From Sphyrna mokarran (lineage: Eukaryota), in NCBI GenBank assembly GCA_024679065.1, contig JAGIQG010000026.1, forward strand, positions 19,096,001-19,160,000: a stretch of 64,000 bases of DNA. The letters are read 5' to 3'. The translations under genes were made by a program, and so were the position numbers. Below the pieces are notes generated by a model. The model ran no database searches, was not told where the DNA came from, and saw nothing but the letters and a program-made list of their open reading frames with translations. Below, in pieces: positions 1 through 14,178 of the stretch; the stretch's first letter is position 1; every line of letters begins with the position of its first letter.

Positions 1-811
1 TCGTGCTACCAAATAAACCTGTTGGACTTTAACCTGGTGTTGTGAGACTACTTACTGGTCTTTGTAACCCTATATTGGCTGTGTTCTTTGTCTTATCAAT
101 AATTGTACTCTGATCCTTCCCTTTTCCATCTATTAGCAATAAATTAGAAATCTGTTTGAACACAATATTTTCAAATATTGGGGTGCCTGTTTTTTTTTCA
201 GCCTGAGCAATGGATGTCTAACAATGGAAAATTAGGGAGGAGAGTGAACTGCCTTGGGCATCAATGTATGTAATAGGACCCCAGATACAATTCAGGTACC
301 AATGGTAGATTCTGCTCTGGCCAGTTGCAAAAGACATTGTACAGCCTGAGCAGTGAGTGGTGTTGAAATGGAAGGAGGCCATCACCTGTAGTCCTTGGAC
401 TTGTGACATAACTGGTCATGAAAACCCAAGTCGGAACTAATTTTTTTCTTTCCCATGGAGACAAATGATATTCTTGAATCGAGACTGGAAATCATGGGAT
501 GCCCAGTGGTGTAAAATGCTCTCCATTCTTGCCCTGTTAAGTTGCTGAGATAACAGGATGCCTATACATGAGGAATATAATGAAGCCATTTGATTAGTGT
601 TAGTTGCTTGTTTAAACTTGAACTTCTGCAGTCTGAGTGCAAGTTAACTACAGCAAAATCATGATGGTTGTACCTGTTCTTGGTGGCAAATTAATGACTT
701 TGCCCACTGGGGAAAAGTCAGTCTCAAAACACATACCCTTGATCCCAGATGTTTTTTTTCCTGAAGTCCTGTAGTTTTCTGAAGTCCTGTAGTTTACTGG
801 TATCTTGATAG

Positions 812-877
812 CTTTACTGGTTAAATGTTGAAATTAAGCTGGCATTACGCCAACATTCATCTAATCGATATCTTGAG
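812..877 (+). CDS. Candidate coding exon of an unidentified gene
   Basis: tcttgatag| ... GAG|GTAACA, 66 nt, phase 0-0, open frame LYWLNVEIKLALRQHSSNRYLE, two CpGs retained, not in a recognisable repeat. No homology recognised. Confidence 0.4.
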
Positions 878-1569
878 GTAACAATTGCATTCCTGACCCT
901 TCAAAAGGAATACTCATACAGAAACTGTAATCGGTGTAAAAAAGGGGATTAGTAGCTATTACTGGCTTCCATCCAGTGGACTGCAGACCGTGTTGCAATG
1001 AAATAAAAATCAATTGTAATTATTAATCTGTGCTGGGCAATATGCCACTATGCCAGCTGGACATAATCTCAAAAATACACAAAATATAATTGCAGAATGA
1101 ACTCAGCAATTTGCTACATAAAATAACCTGGATCAAAGAGACCCCTTGTTTCATACACATACAGTGGGATTCTCCAGTCTTGTCAGTGGCATGACCTGGT
1201 ACGGACGAGAATGGAAAATTTGGCGTTCTGGCCAGAACTTCATTCACACACAACAGCACTGGAAAAGACAGTGGACAGGTTCCTGAGCAGTGGCCCTTTG
1301 GCTGCTACTCCTGACAGGAGAATGCTGCGGCATAAGGCAATCATGTTTCAGACTTTGATCAGTTTATTATAATACAGGCAACACCTGCAAAGCATCATAG
1401 AGATCTCTCAGCTCAAAAATTAGGAGCTGCAGTCATAACTGAAGCATGAAATACGTCACCCATGGCACACTTATTAATTGGATTTAAACTCCACTACGTG
1501 CTGTGGTGCAATTTGAACTTGTGTCCCGAAGTCATCAGTCTGGTCCTATGGATTACTAGTTTCTTCCAG

Positions 1570-1662
1570 CCAGGTGATCTTCTGTACAAGTCCTAACCAG
1601 GCCTGTCTACTTGGCAGCGATCAGACAACATTGGGTACTTCCAGACTAGCATGGCCATAACC
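1570..1662 (-). pseudogene. 5S rRNA-derived fragment (pseudogene or SINE3-type head)
   Basis: Minus strand GGTTATGGCCATGCTAGTCTGGAAGTACCCAATGTTGTCTGATC...GGCCTGGTTAGGACTTGTACAGAAGATCACCTGG aligns to 5S nt ~1-95 with many CpG-type changes. Confidence 0.75.
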
Positions 1663-2180
1663 TCACTCCCTCAGCTCTGCACTGGAGTATCCACCTTCAT
1701 TGCTCAAGTGCTAGAGTGGGACTTAAACATGGAACCCACTGATTTCTCTGATGGGGTGTTATCCAGGGTTCAATGTTGTACAAGTCACTAAGGAGAAGTT
1801 CCCTGCTCATCTTCGAATATTGATGTGAAGATGCCAGCATTAGACTGGGGTAAGCACAGTAAGAAGTCTCTCAACACCAGATTAAAGTCCAACCAACTTA
1901 TTTGATAGTAAACCCACGAGCTTTCAAACGCTGTTCCTTTGTCAGGTGTGTGAAAAGTTCCAAAAACTTGTGGGTTTACTATCAAATAAATGGTTGGACT
2001 TTAACCTGGTGTTGTGAGACTTCTTACCATCTTTGAATATTGCTAAGGGATTATTTACACTGAGGGCAAACAGGGCTTCTGTTTAATTTCTCACCTTAAT
2101 GAACAACACCTCTGCCAGCGTCAATCTGGACTTTCTGTTTGAGGTTCTGGTGGGACTTGAACCCACGACCTTATGTTCAG
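1662..2180 (-). mobile_element. DeuSINE (SacSINE1-like) fragments, one interrupted by the Penelope-like insert
   Basis: CACTCCCTCAG..CTGCACTGGAGT...GTGGGACTT.AA and GTGGGACTTGAACCCACGACCTT match the antisense tRNA head/Deu-domain as recalled; more remnants ~9780-9960 and ~24230-24400. Confidence 0.55.
1823..2027. mobile_element. Penelope-like element termini in fold-back arrangement with 15-bp TSD
   Basis: Inverted copies of CAAATAAA..GTTGGACTTTAACCTGGTGTTGTGAGACTTCTTAC; flanked by CATCTT(C/T)GAATATTG at 1808-1822 and 2028-2042. Confidence 0.75.
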
Positions 2181-5100
2181 TGTACCTTGCTTATTTTTGC
2201 CTGGTATGTCTAATGTTTACGAAGTTCAAAATCCCAGAGGCATTGCTAACTATTTGCTCAATATGTTCTGTCGCCCTTCAAAGATCTGAGCATATAACCT
2301 GTCAGATCCCTCTGTCCCCGTACACTCATTTAGAACTGGGCCATTATGTATAGATTGCTGTTCTGCCAGAGTGTTTCACCTCAAACTGCACCGTATTCAG
2401 TTCCATCTGTTACTTGTCTATTCACTTTGTAGCCTATCTTTGTTCTGTTGCAGTCGATTAGCATCATGCTCCTTGTCTGCTGTGCCTCCAAGGTTACTAT
2501 CATAGAAAAAGACTACCTTATATTCCAAGTCACTTGTTTACATTTAAAAAAAGAACTGATTTTAGCACTGAACACTGCTGTCGCCCATTCTCGTCTTAAA
2601 AAAAATTCACCTATAAGTTGCTGTTTTCTGTTCGTAAGTCACTTTCAATTCAAAAGGACTCTGATTCTTTCTATTCTGCCCGTCTCCTTTGAGAATCTCA
2701 TTCAGCCTGCACCAACTCGCTGATAGAGCATTTTATCCCCCTAACCTACCCAAATTTGGACACTGCAGGATGATATAAGCTGGCTAATTAACCTAACTTG
2801 CATATCTTTGAGCATGGGAGGAAACCCACGCAGACACGGGAGAACGTGCAAACTCTACACAGTCAGTCACCAAAGATTGGAATTGAACACGGTTTCCTGG
2901 AGCTGTGAGGCAACAGTGCTACCCACTGAGCCACCCATTAACCAGCCACTTTATATGGTACTTGATAAAAATCCATTTAGATGATAGCATTTCTTCAAAA
3001 TTCAATTAATTTTCTAAATTAGCACTGGCGTTCCTTAACTCAAACCTTTATCTTTTTTTCCTTGCTCGTTTCTAAAACTTACCCAAAACAAGTCTGTTTG
3101 ACTTATTCGCAGAAACTGCAAGCCATCTATTCCCTCTTCCTAAACAGGTGTTCAGGTCTATCACTCCAGATGATGGGAAATCCTTCTGCCACCTCTGCTC
3201 CACCTTCCTTTTTAACAACGTGGTTCATGAGCCAATCAGACTAGATGACTTAACCATTCTTAAGCATAGTTGGCCTTTCCAGTACATCCTGCCCTTCTAT
3301 TTTAATACTGTCAATTACCTTTATCTCCCGACTGCATTGTAGATAGGCTGGCTTTATGGAGTCAGGTGAGTTGCTCACGCAGAATTCCAAGTCCAGAAGC
3401 TGATCTTGTGGACATAATGTTTATATAACTGGTCCAATTCCTACTCTGATTAATCGTTTATCTCCACCTCCACCCCCCGCAAGGGATTGTTTACTAATGA
3501 TTACGCCATCAAGGGGAGATGGTTGGATTCTCTTGTTGGAGATGGTCATTGCATGGCACTTGTGGGGTAAGTATCAGTCACACCATACATCAGCTCAGGT
3601 CTGAACATTGCCTAGGCCTTCATGCATATAGGCAAAGCCTGTTTCAGTGACTAGAGTTGGGAATAATCAGTGAACAACCTCACTTCTGACCGTGTATAAT
3701 CAGACATGGTTGAGCCTCATACTACCTGGAGAAAATTTGCAGTGATGTCCTATGGCTGTTCAAAGCCAGTCCTCATTCTTTGCTAGGTATGTCTGCAACT
3801 GATGGCAAAGTCTTTCCACAGCCAGGTTGTTAAAAGGAAGTGGGGGTGGAGATGGCAGAAGGATTTCCCATAACCTGGAGTTACAGATATGACATCCTTG
3901 TTTAGGAAGAGTGAATGGATGGCCTGCAGTTTCTGTGAATAAGTTGAACAGACTTGTTTTTGGGTAAGGTTTTAGAAACAAGCAAGGAAAAAATAGAGAT
4001 TTGAGTTAAGGAAAGCCACCACTAATTGTGTGAGTCTTTCCATTAATTTCAGGTTGTCAGGTCTCCTTGATGCTGTGGTTGCTCCAATTCTGGCTTGATT
4101 TTCCAAGGACAGTTACACATTCTTCACCTCTGCAATTCAAGGCTTTCCCTCCAATATTTGGACCAAGGCTATCATGAAGTCAGTAGCTGAGTAGCCCTGA
4201 CAGAACTCAAACCGAGCATAAGTAAATACTACTTAATGGCAATTTTGCTGACACTTTCATCACTTTGATTGAGAGAACTCTGGGACACAATTGGCTGAGT
4301 TGGATTGTCCTGCATCTTGTACATTGTACGTGGCCAGTTTTCCACATTGTTGGTTACTTGGTCAGTGCTGTCACTTAACATTGTATTTAAGTTGCAGCAA
4401 TTTGTATTTAAGTGATTCAAGGGAACACTAGCCTGTTAGCACAGGTATGAACTCTTTATATCTTCACCTGTTCCTCAGCAAGAAACTGCAGATCTGGCAG
4501 ACAAAACTTCCAAAAACAGCAGATCTCTACTGGTACCAGAACAAAATAGTTGTATTTCCAACTGTATCAATGATATCAGAACTTCACATGTGCTGTCAGC
4601 TACTTTCTATTCTGTTTCAGGATTGAGCTCCCTCCCTAGACCTTGATAATTTTCTCTGTCAACCCCACTCACTAATTCAGTTGTGTAAGGGGACACTTAG
4701 AAAGCAATGATTTCCTGGCTATGAGTTGAGTTGGTAAAAACAGTGACCTTTGAGACACACTCGCTGGTGGTCTTGAGGTTAACCTGTGTATGGATAAATT
4801 CATGCTTCAGTCGTTGCCTGTGGGATGAAATTTGCATTGGATTCTCCCAATTTTTTTCTGCTTTTTTTTTTGCTTTAGAAGGAAAATCCTGGAGAAAAAA
4901 TATTTCTCTGTTTATCTTTTCTTTTCTCTGGGATTTTCCTGTCTTGAATACAAGGGTTTGAGCAGTCCTTTGGAAATGTTATCCCCCTCTGGAAGAGAAA
5001 GAGAAGCTCATATGTAAATATACCAACTAAACTGATTCCAGTTTAAAACTTCAAGCCTACTTTTCCCAATTTAGGTACCTTTCAGGAAAGTAGGAATCTT

Positions 5101-8100
5101 GATAGTGGAGCAGGGAACCTCAGGAAAAGATGTTTTCCTACTAGTGGTAGCTTGCATGTCTTTTCAGCAAATAACATGATTAAAAGCACTGGGATCAGCC
5201 CTGTATAGCCTCAGTAAAACTCCCCTATTTATTTGTTCCCCAAACACCAACGTTCAACTTGCCTTCTGAATCACTTACTGTACCTACATACTCACATTTT
5301 TTTGTTTATTAACCTAAGATTTCAAAACTCAGCAATAAGGGATCTGGGCATTTAATTACGTGAGAGTCACAATCAGAATCCCCTTATGTTCTCTTGACAG
5401 TTTTATTTTTTTAACCTATTCTTTAGCAACCATACATTTGGTCTTTTCATCCAAATCACTTAGGTTATAAATAGTTGAAGCCCCAACTCTGATCCCTGTG
5501 GCACTCCACTAGTTACAGCTTGCCAATCTGAGAAGTCATTATATCCTTGCTTTGTTTCCTGTTTTAGTCAATCCCTCGTTTATGACAATAACCCCATTTC
5601 CCTTCTTCTCCCCCCCCCCCCCCAATCCTTATTAGATACCAACATTTTCTCTATTACAGATGTTAAGCTAACTGCCTGTAGTTACCTACAACCTGTCTCC
5701 TTTCTTGAATAGAGAAGTTTGATTTGCTATTTTCTAATCTCATACTTGTGACATTTATGGCCCCACTTCATTCAGAAAGGACTGACAACCAGAAAACCAG
5801 TTGTGACTTGATAATTGGATATTGTAGTGTAAGCATCTGGCACCTATAGGTTCAATGATGGACTGAGTACAGTGAGAAGACACACATCTGTCATGTGTGC
5901 CAGCAAACATGGAGACAGCTCCTAACTTCTTCTAAGGGTCAAGAAAGACATGTGTTAACCTCAGCATGACCACAGACTTAAATACAGATATTTGACAATA
6001 CAACACTCCTTCACTCCGACTACAACTTTACAGAAAGACCCAGAATCAACTGCTCTCACTGGAGTGTTTCTAAACTTCACTCTCAAAGACCTAGTTTAGA
6101 ATCTTCTCCCAAACAATGTTTTCTCAGATGCCTTTAACACAAACCCACTTCCAGATTTCATTCTGTCCTTTCACTATTTCTCTGCCTCGAATATCACGTG
6201 TTTGTGAGCTTCCACGCAACCTCTTGGGTACTTGGTCACACCAATAGAGTATGACTGCTTCATGGGTTGTACTGGCTTCTTGTTAACCAATTTCACTAGG
6301 TCTGCACCTTTTTAGCTAAAAGTATCTTGTCCCTTTTTTGGCTTCAGTCTTTCTGAGACTGACTTTGTCTTGGTTTCTTGCACTATCTGTTCTTTAGCTT
6401 CTGGGAACTTACTTTCTTCATACTCCACTGACTTCCCTCTGTCCTTCCAACTGCTACTGAGTCCAGCTTAACTAAACTCAGAAAATGAACCTAGAGTGTC
6501 CCCTGGTTGCTAAGCTACGGCCTCATGTTGCTTTAACACACTTTCTAGAATCCCCAATAGAAGGCCATTCAGCCTATCAAGTTTGTACTGAGTATCTTAT
6601 CCAGACCATCTCCTCCATCCTATCCCTGTAACCCCACACATTTAATTGTGTTAATCCGTTTAACCTACACATCATTGGACTAGTGGGAGGAAACATGGAG
6701 ATGTGCAAATTCCACAGTCACCTGAGGCCAGAATTGAACCCAGGTCTCTGGTGCTCTGGGGCAGCAGTACTAACCACTCTGCCACCCATTTTACCTCCAT
6801 CATAAACCCTGTAATCACAATGCAGGTACAGTTTGCAATGAAACTAAAACCCACAAACATGCAAGTCCCTTTATTTAACATGCATCTAACTAAAGATTTA
6901 ACCCTTTGTCAGTGCACTACAGAAACACCAAATTAAACTCTAAGCTATATCTTATTTCTAATATCCAAGAATCATACAAATATAGATTATTGAAACCCAC
7001 CTATTTCCTGACACCAGATTTTTTAAAGCAATAGATCCAGTTTCTACCCAGTGTACCACACATGTAGACTCACGTAACCTAACTGGATTTTTTATTTTGC
7101 ATTTGACTTATTCGTAGTAATTGATTCTGCACCTTGGACTGTTTGTCAGATTGACTGGTCTACGTTCATTCTTGGAAACGCTGCCTATATTTTTTTTATG
7201 CATTAAAGAGTACTTATTGCTGGGAAACTGATGTATTCATTTTACTGTATTTTAATTGTAAATGTAAATATTTTCCATTGTCTTGGATAACATCCAGCTT
7301 TCTTGGTTTGTAATAAACAGTTTTACAGTCAGTGGCAGCTGACCGACTTTAGCTAGAGGTGAGAATACAGGGAGGGAGGAGAACCTCACTATAGCTCAGC
7401 TAGGTGAGAAATACAGGGCAACGAATCACAGCATCTGACGAAATGGAATATCTGTCATGAGTCTTTCATGTTTGGTCACTGGAACAAAAGATCAAATCAG
7501 ATAATCAAAGTCATTCATGCATATTTTTAAAGTCAGCTATTAGTCATTTTAAAAATAGTCAAATATATCTTTTCTCATCAATGGCACCATGCCCCAAGAG
7601 GGCATTGGTGACGGCGTACTTGCATTTTTTATTCATGGGACATGGGCACTGCTGGCTGGCCAGCATTTATTGCCCATCCCTAGTTGCCTGAGGGCAGTTG
7701 AGCGTCAACCACATTGCTGTGTGCTTTGCCACCTAACCATCTTCCTGGTTCAATAACTGAGCTGAAATCTTCTGACTCAGGAATGCTACCCACTATGCCA
7801 CAAGACTTTCCCATAACTGTTTGCAATATTTTTATGAAGCAAGAAATTCTTTTGTGTCAACTTCTGAATCCTCTGGTACTTACAAAGTGATGTCAAAGGC
7901 TCTTTCCATTGATTTATTATTATTGCCACAGGATACAGTAAAAAGTGTTTTTTGTTTTGCAAGCTGTTACAGATGATACATACCGTTCATTGGGTACATC
8001 GAGGAGGAGAAGATCAACTTTGTGTGACAGGACCATTCAAAAGACTGATGACACCTTCTTCCTTGCTACCATCAGACTGGAACTCTTGTGAGCTATTGGC

Positions 8101-11100
8101 CCAAATTCTCCATTGTCCTTTTCCAGGTTGCCAAGGGCAATAGGGAAGCCTCTGGAACATCACAATGGCCCAAATTAGATTTGTGGGCAACAGTGTATGT
8201 GCTCCAAAGCTGCCAGGGTTTCTCATGAGAGCAATGATGATGAACATTAATAGCACAGAAAAAGTATACCTAATCCACTGATGTTGCAGACAAATGGGAA
8301 AATGAAATTTTTCCCTCCTGCTCTCCTAATATCCCAGCTGACTTGCAGAGGATGTTACTTCATTTGTCGGCTAAGTGGCTGTTTTATTTTTTTGACCAGC
8401 TCATCCTGATTTTTCAAATAAATGGAAATTGGACACGGTTCACTAATCAGTATTCAAAATTCATAGGATAGACTATTTGCAGATGACGGCAAACCTGACT
8501 AATGGATAATGGAAGTAGATGCTTGGAATGCCATTAACTGCCTCCAAGCCATGCACCATCCTGACCTTGACAGTTTCAGCCCCTCCCTGTTGGTCAAAAT
8601 CCTGAGACTCCCTACTTAAGAGCACTAAAGCATATTAGCTACAACTAATGTTCTCAGTGTTTGTAATCTTAATTATCTGAATGTTTAAATGAGATGTATC
8701 TTGCAATTTCTTTCACTCAATTCACCATTTCAAGGACAATATTCAGTCAACAAAACATCTTCATGCTGTTAGAAAGTGATACCCTTTCTAAGCCAGAAAA
8801 CTCCAGTTGGGTATACTTACAGAATTCCTTTGTTTGTTCAGTGAAATTAAGTAACTAAAAATCCTATTTAGAATGCATATACTTGTTAATATTAATATCC
8901 GTGTGTGTCATTGCCCAAGAAGCATGTTCTCCTCTCTTGGAGAGAAACATGTTAGAGGCACTGGGAAGAAAATAAAACCAAACTTGCCAGTAACATTCTT
9001 TGTTTTTTTTAAGTGCTTAATTCTGAAATCCATAATAGGAGTAAGCACTTGTTGTTTATTAAAGGAAGAGTGGTGGTATCGTCACTGGACTAATAATTCA
9101 GAGACCCAGGGTAATTCCCTGGACACTTGTGTTCTAATCCCACTATAGCAGATGGTGAAATTCAAATTCAGTAAAAATTGGATTTCAGAGTCTGTTGGTG
9201 ACCATGAAATCATTGTCAATAAATCCATCTAGTTTGCTTATGTCCTTTAGGGAGGGAAATCTGCTGTTCTTGCCTGGTGTGGCCTACATGTGATTCCAGA
9301 GCTGCAGCAAAAGTGGTTGACTCTCAATTATCCTCTGAAATGGAGGGCATTTCAGAGGATTAGTGATGGGCCCAGCCAGTGATGCTTAATAAAACGAATA
9401 AATAAAAAATGAATTACCTGTTAGAAGGGAATCACCTTTCCTTTTTGACCTTGAAGCTGTGCATCGGAAAGCTAAAGTCATGTCCCATTATTCCCTTGGC
9501 CAAGCTGTGTTTTGATTGCCATAGATTCCTTGAGAATTGTCTCTCTAGCAAAGATACCATTCATCGATTTGTGGCTCAATTAATCAGTTTTGATGGTTCC
9601 TCAACTTTCTTTCAATTGTCAATTCTATCATTTTCACTGTCCATTTCATCTGCTCAGTCATCTTTTAACTAACTGGTCTTCCACAGCAAAGAGGCTCAGA
9701 TTTATATTTCCACATTTTACAACCTCAGTCACTTTGTGCTACCATGGAAGCACTTTTGATTTCTAGTAACTACTACACAGCAAGATCCCACAAAGTAATA
9801 TTGATCTGATGAATCTGTTTTAATGATGTTGGTTGAAGGATGAATATTGGCCAGGACATCAGGCCTATCTCCTGCTCTTCACAGCAGTGCCATGACATCT
9901 CTTGCACTGACCAGTTTTCTTTTTTTTGAATGTCTTGCCTGAATGACTGGTTTAAACACAGTCTTTCTATGACTACCTGACTATTATTGACATAATATAA
10001 AGTATTTCCTGTTCTGGAATGGTATTCTTAAGAAATCAGAATTTCTTAAGTATCAATTCTAGTGTCAATATATTTCTGAATTAGTGGCATGTTTATAGTT
10101 AACTATAATCATGCAGTTAGATCTAAAACTAAAGACGTGCTTGACTTCCAATTGATTATTAATGCTGTTCCTGAACTCCCCACTTCTGCAAAATTGCTTC
10201 AGCTACAACACCCAACTCCATCTTTGTACCATCAACTGTGGACTACAAAACAATGCCAAAGCCTTTTTTCTCTCAGTACTTACAAGACATTTTTCTGTAA
10301 ACATTGAAGCTATCCTTTTCAGTTTCTGATGGCACTGAGCACAGTTCCTCCTTTAACCTTCCCAATTGCTCTTTGGCTAAATCTTGAAATGCTGACCCCA
10401 ATGTTTCTGATCCCACATGCAAGTGTTTTTATTGATCCTGCTTTCTTTCATCCCCAGAATGTGCCCTGTTTGCATCCCAACAATTGTCTCTCAATCTGTC
10501 CATTCATTTGTTTCCCTCTTTACTTCTACAATAATTTTCTTGATCCTTCAGGATGCAGTTGATCCAGAATTTCTTTGCCTCCACACAATGACCTATCCTT
10601 TTATCCTGGATGTTGTGTGGCTTCATTGAGTTCCTGAATGACTGGTTGTGCCAAATCCTTCCTCTCCACTGGAGTAAATCATAGAATCACTACGTAACTT
10701 GCACATCTTTGAACACTAAACGGAAATGTAGCATGGCTAATCTGCACATCTTTGGAGTGTGGAAGGAAACTGGAGCACCCGGAGGAAACTTGCACAGATG
10801 CTGGGAGAACACGTAAACTCCGCACAGATGGACATCCACGATTGGGATTGAACCCAGGTTGCTGGCACCTTGAGGCAGCAATGCTAACTACTAAACAAAA
10901 CCACAATTTAAATCCACTTCAGTAATAAAAACACAGGGCAATATTTTATAGCCTTGCTCGTTCCAAAACTAAAATCCCACCTAAGGTTAATGGATCTTCT
11001 CATGCTCTACCCCTCGCTCGTTTTGATTCCCGGGCAGTGGGGAGTGTGGTGGGTACAGTAAAATTCCACTATTTTTAGTTATTTTTGCCTTCTGTGAGAC

Positions 11101-11488
11101 AGAAGCTTAGCTTCAGCTTGTTGTTTTCCAGAATTGGATTAAACCTAATATTTAACTTTCTTTTAGTGGTTCTAGTTTCTCTCTTTAGAGCTTTCAGTTT
11201 CTTTTAAGTTTCAGGTGGCTAGGAATTTTAGGGAAAGGTTGACTATCTATATTGATTTTGATACAATTCATTCCAGGGAGAAACTGAATGTAATGGCTTC
11301 CACTTCTATTGAGAACAATAGCTGTTCTAGCTGAGCAGTTAAGCTGGGAATGGGCAGCAGAGAGGCCTGTAATAGTTTTGATATACCGAGCTGGAAAAGG
11401 ATCAAAAACTTATTTTTGTAGTTTCCTCTTTTGGCTGGAAAATGTTGAGCAGTTAAAGGTTGAATGTGAAATACTGAAAAAAAATATT

Positions 11489-12221
11489 GGGGTGATTCTC
11501 CAACCTTGCTGTGCTGTCTAGGAGATTGCGCTGGTCTTGCAGTATAGCATGCAAACCTAAAAATCCATTTCGGAACCAGCACCAAACAGTTTGTAAATCT
11601 CCAGGTCCTTTTCTAATAAAGGGTGCAAGTCCATTTAGCGTATTTAGCCCATTCAATCCAAGTGCACAGAATTCATCAGCCTTCAAGTTGGTGCCAAAAT
11701 GGCCAGAATCATTACTGGTCTCCACAAGCTGAGAGACCACTGAAGTCCCTGAGTGATCAGGGACATGGGCCATCTGGCAGAGTTCAATTGATACCCCAGC
11801 AGTGGCCACCAGGCACCCTAGTGATGCCAGTCAGACACCCCCAGAATGCTGGAGCAGTGCCAAGAGGATGGGACCTGAAGCCTATGATAGGAGGAGGGAT
11901 TATGCAGGGGTGGGTCATGTCGGGAGTCTTGGTGGGGAGGGGGCATGTTGGGTTCGGCAGGAGGAAAGGAGTAGGCAAATATGCTGCCTATTGTGGGGGG
12001 GTGGGGATATCTCCCAGTGCACTGAGATTGGGTATCCTTGCGCAACTTTGAAGCCAGACTCACCAGTTTGCTCAGCTGCTGCCCGCCCAGCATGGAATGC
12101 ATAACTCTCCGAAACAGTGATGAGTATGAGAGGATTGCAGTGCGGAGAATAACTGAGACCAGGGTGGATCACTCCATTATCCTTACGTTATGACATTTAG
12201 ACATTTTGGAGAATTCTGCCC
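11489..12221. mobile_element. Putative non-autonomous DNA transposon (Harbinger/PIF-like TIRs)
   Basis: GC-richer block bounded by GGGGTGATTCTCCAA ... TTGGAGAATTCTGCCC imperfect inverted termini; the overlapping short ORFs are not coding-like. Confidence 0.5.
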
Positions 12222-13049
12222 TTTGAACTTTGAGCTACATTTGTATAATTTATTTTTGATGCTACAAGAACCATTAAAAATAAGACAAGGATCTGTTGAG
12301 AAGTAGTTAACATCTTGCAAACTGTGTATTCTACTTAGTCATGGGTCCTGTATAAATTCTACAGTTTCTTAGGTTACAGATGACCTTGTCTTCCAATGCT
12401 GATATTATCTTCCTTCTGCTTGATAATAAAATGTGTAAAAGCTTGCATGACATCTAACTACCTCTTTCATTGTCTTTAGGTCATTCCATAGTCTAACTGT
12501 AAAGATAGGGTGCAAATATTGGGGCAATAACCAATAGCAAACTGTCAACATTTATTATTTCTCTGACATTGATAGCAACCTCTTGAGTCTGCATGTGTGC
12601 AGTTATTCATTTTTCCTAGGGTATTCCTGAAACCTCTGTAATCAATTAGAAATTACTGAACTGGTGAAAATTTCCATGTTTACTTTGAACAGCCTCACTG
12701 GCCTGGGGTGGGGGTAGATTCTGCATTTTCAGATTAATTTTATTTTACTTTCTACCATAATCCCATATGTGTCTGAATCATCACTTACTTCAGTCTCTGC
12801 ACTTGAGAAAAAATAATTGCAAGCGCATAATTCCTAACTCTCAAGATATTCCACTGGGAAAGAAGGATGATTACCGGAATTCTAGTCTCACCTGCCATGG
12901 AATTGAAGCGTGCAAGGGGCAGACAACAGGAACGTCCATTGACCTCAAGCAGGAATTTCTGGTTCACCTTGAGCAAGAATGAGAAGGGTGCACCATCCAT
13001 GGCATTAAAGATGGTATGAAATTGAGAGAAAAGATATCCAAAGCAATAG

Positions 13050-13875
13050 AGATTATTGGAAAGAATTTGGGAACCAGCAAAAGATGCCAAGTGAGAAATT
13101 GGAGTATGAGAGGAAGAAATGCAAAAGTGAGCATTGTTCCCTCAAGGGTGAAACTGAAATATTTATAATGGGAAAATGGCTTAGAATTTGAACAAGTAGT
13201 TTGTATCTCTCTTCACAATAGAAGATACAGAATCCCAAGAATAGTATGTAATTGAGGCAGAAGGGAGTTAAAATAGCCACTAATGGAAAAAGGACTAGGA
13301 AGACCAGCAGGACTGACAAGTCCCATGAACTTAATGGCCTACATTTAGATCTTGAAGAAAGTGGATGCATTGACTGTAATCTTCCCAAAGATTTCATAAA
13401 TTTTGGAAAACTGCAAAAACTACTATAAAAAGATGGGAGACCAGAATCTGGAAACTAAATGCCACATAGAATTTTGTCAATGATGAGAGTAGGATGCTGA
13501 GAAAATCATAATATAACAGGGAACAGATGGATTTTGTGAAAGGGAAATTGTGCTTAACATTTAGAGTGTAACAAACATGGCAGATAAAGGAGAACAAGTC
13601 GATGTAATCCATTTGCATTTCCAAAAGACATTCCATAAAGTGCCACAAAGTTACTGCAAAAGATAAGTGCTTGTGGTGTCAGGGTGATTATATTAGCATG
13701 GTTAAAGGACTGAAGTTGGGATAAATGGGGCATTTTTCAGATTGGCAAACTAATTGGTAAGAGTGTTCACAGGATGAAGGGACAAATGGTGATTGTAGCC
13801 AGATTTGCTGATGATACAAAGATTGATAGGAAAATAAGTTGTCAGAGGGAATACCAAGAATCTGCAAAGAAATAA
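13050..13875 (+). mobile_element. Degenerate CR1 RT fragment
   Basis: Decayed DVIHLHFQKTFHKVP (~13601) and RFADDTK (~13801) motifs. Confidence 0.8.
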
Positions 13876-14178
13876 AAGTTTGGCCTCACATGCTACCTTC
13901 CTTTTCACCACACTGACCAATGCTGACGAGCTGCTAAGGTCTTGCCAGAACTTACCAATTTTTTTGGAAAATTCCTGCTCAATTGCAAGGTGAAAATTTG
14001 TACATTATCTTCCTTTGGGCATTCCAGGCTGCAGACACAATCATCAATATTCTGTGTTGCAGAAATTTGAGATTCTTTTTTCTTGCCCAATCTTCCCTCT
14101 CTCCTTTCTCCCCCGCCCCCATTGTGCAACCAAAGTCTAAAACTTCACTAATATGTATCTGTATACTTTGGCACACAG

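Noticed and set aside
5745-6545. Possible solo LTR-like segments (also ~17380-18480, 30510-30780, 36000-36960)
   Set aside because: Composition suggests repeats, but I could not find paired TG..CA ends, TSDs, a PBS or coding remnants.
11268-12172. Cluster of overlapping 64-142 aa ORFs
   Set aside because: GC-richer repeat interior open in many frames on both strands, with no recognisable domain.
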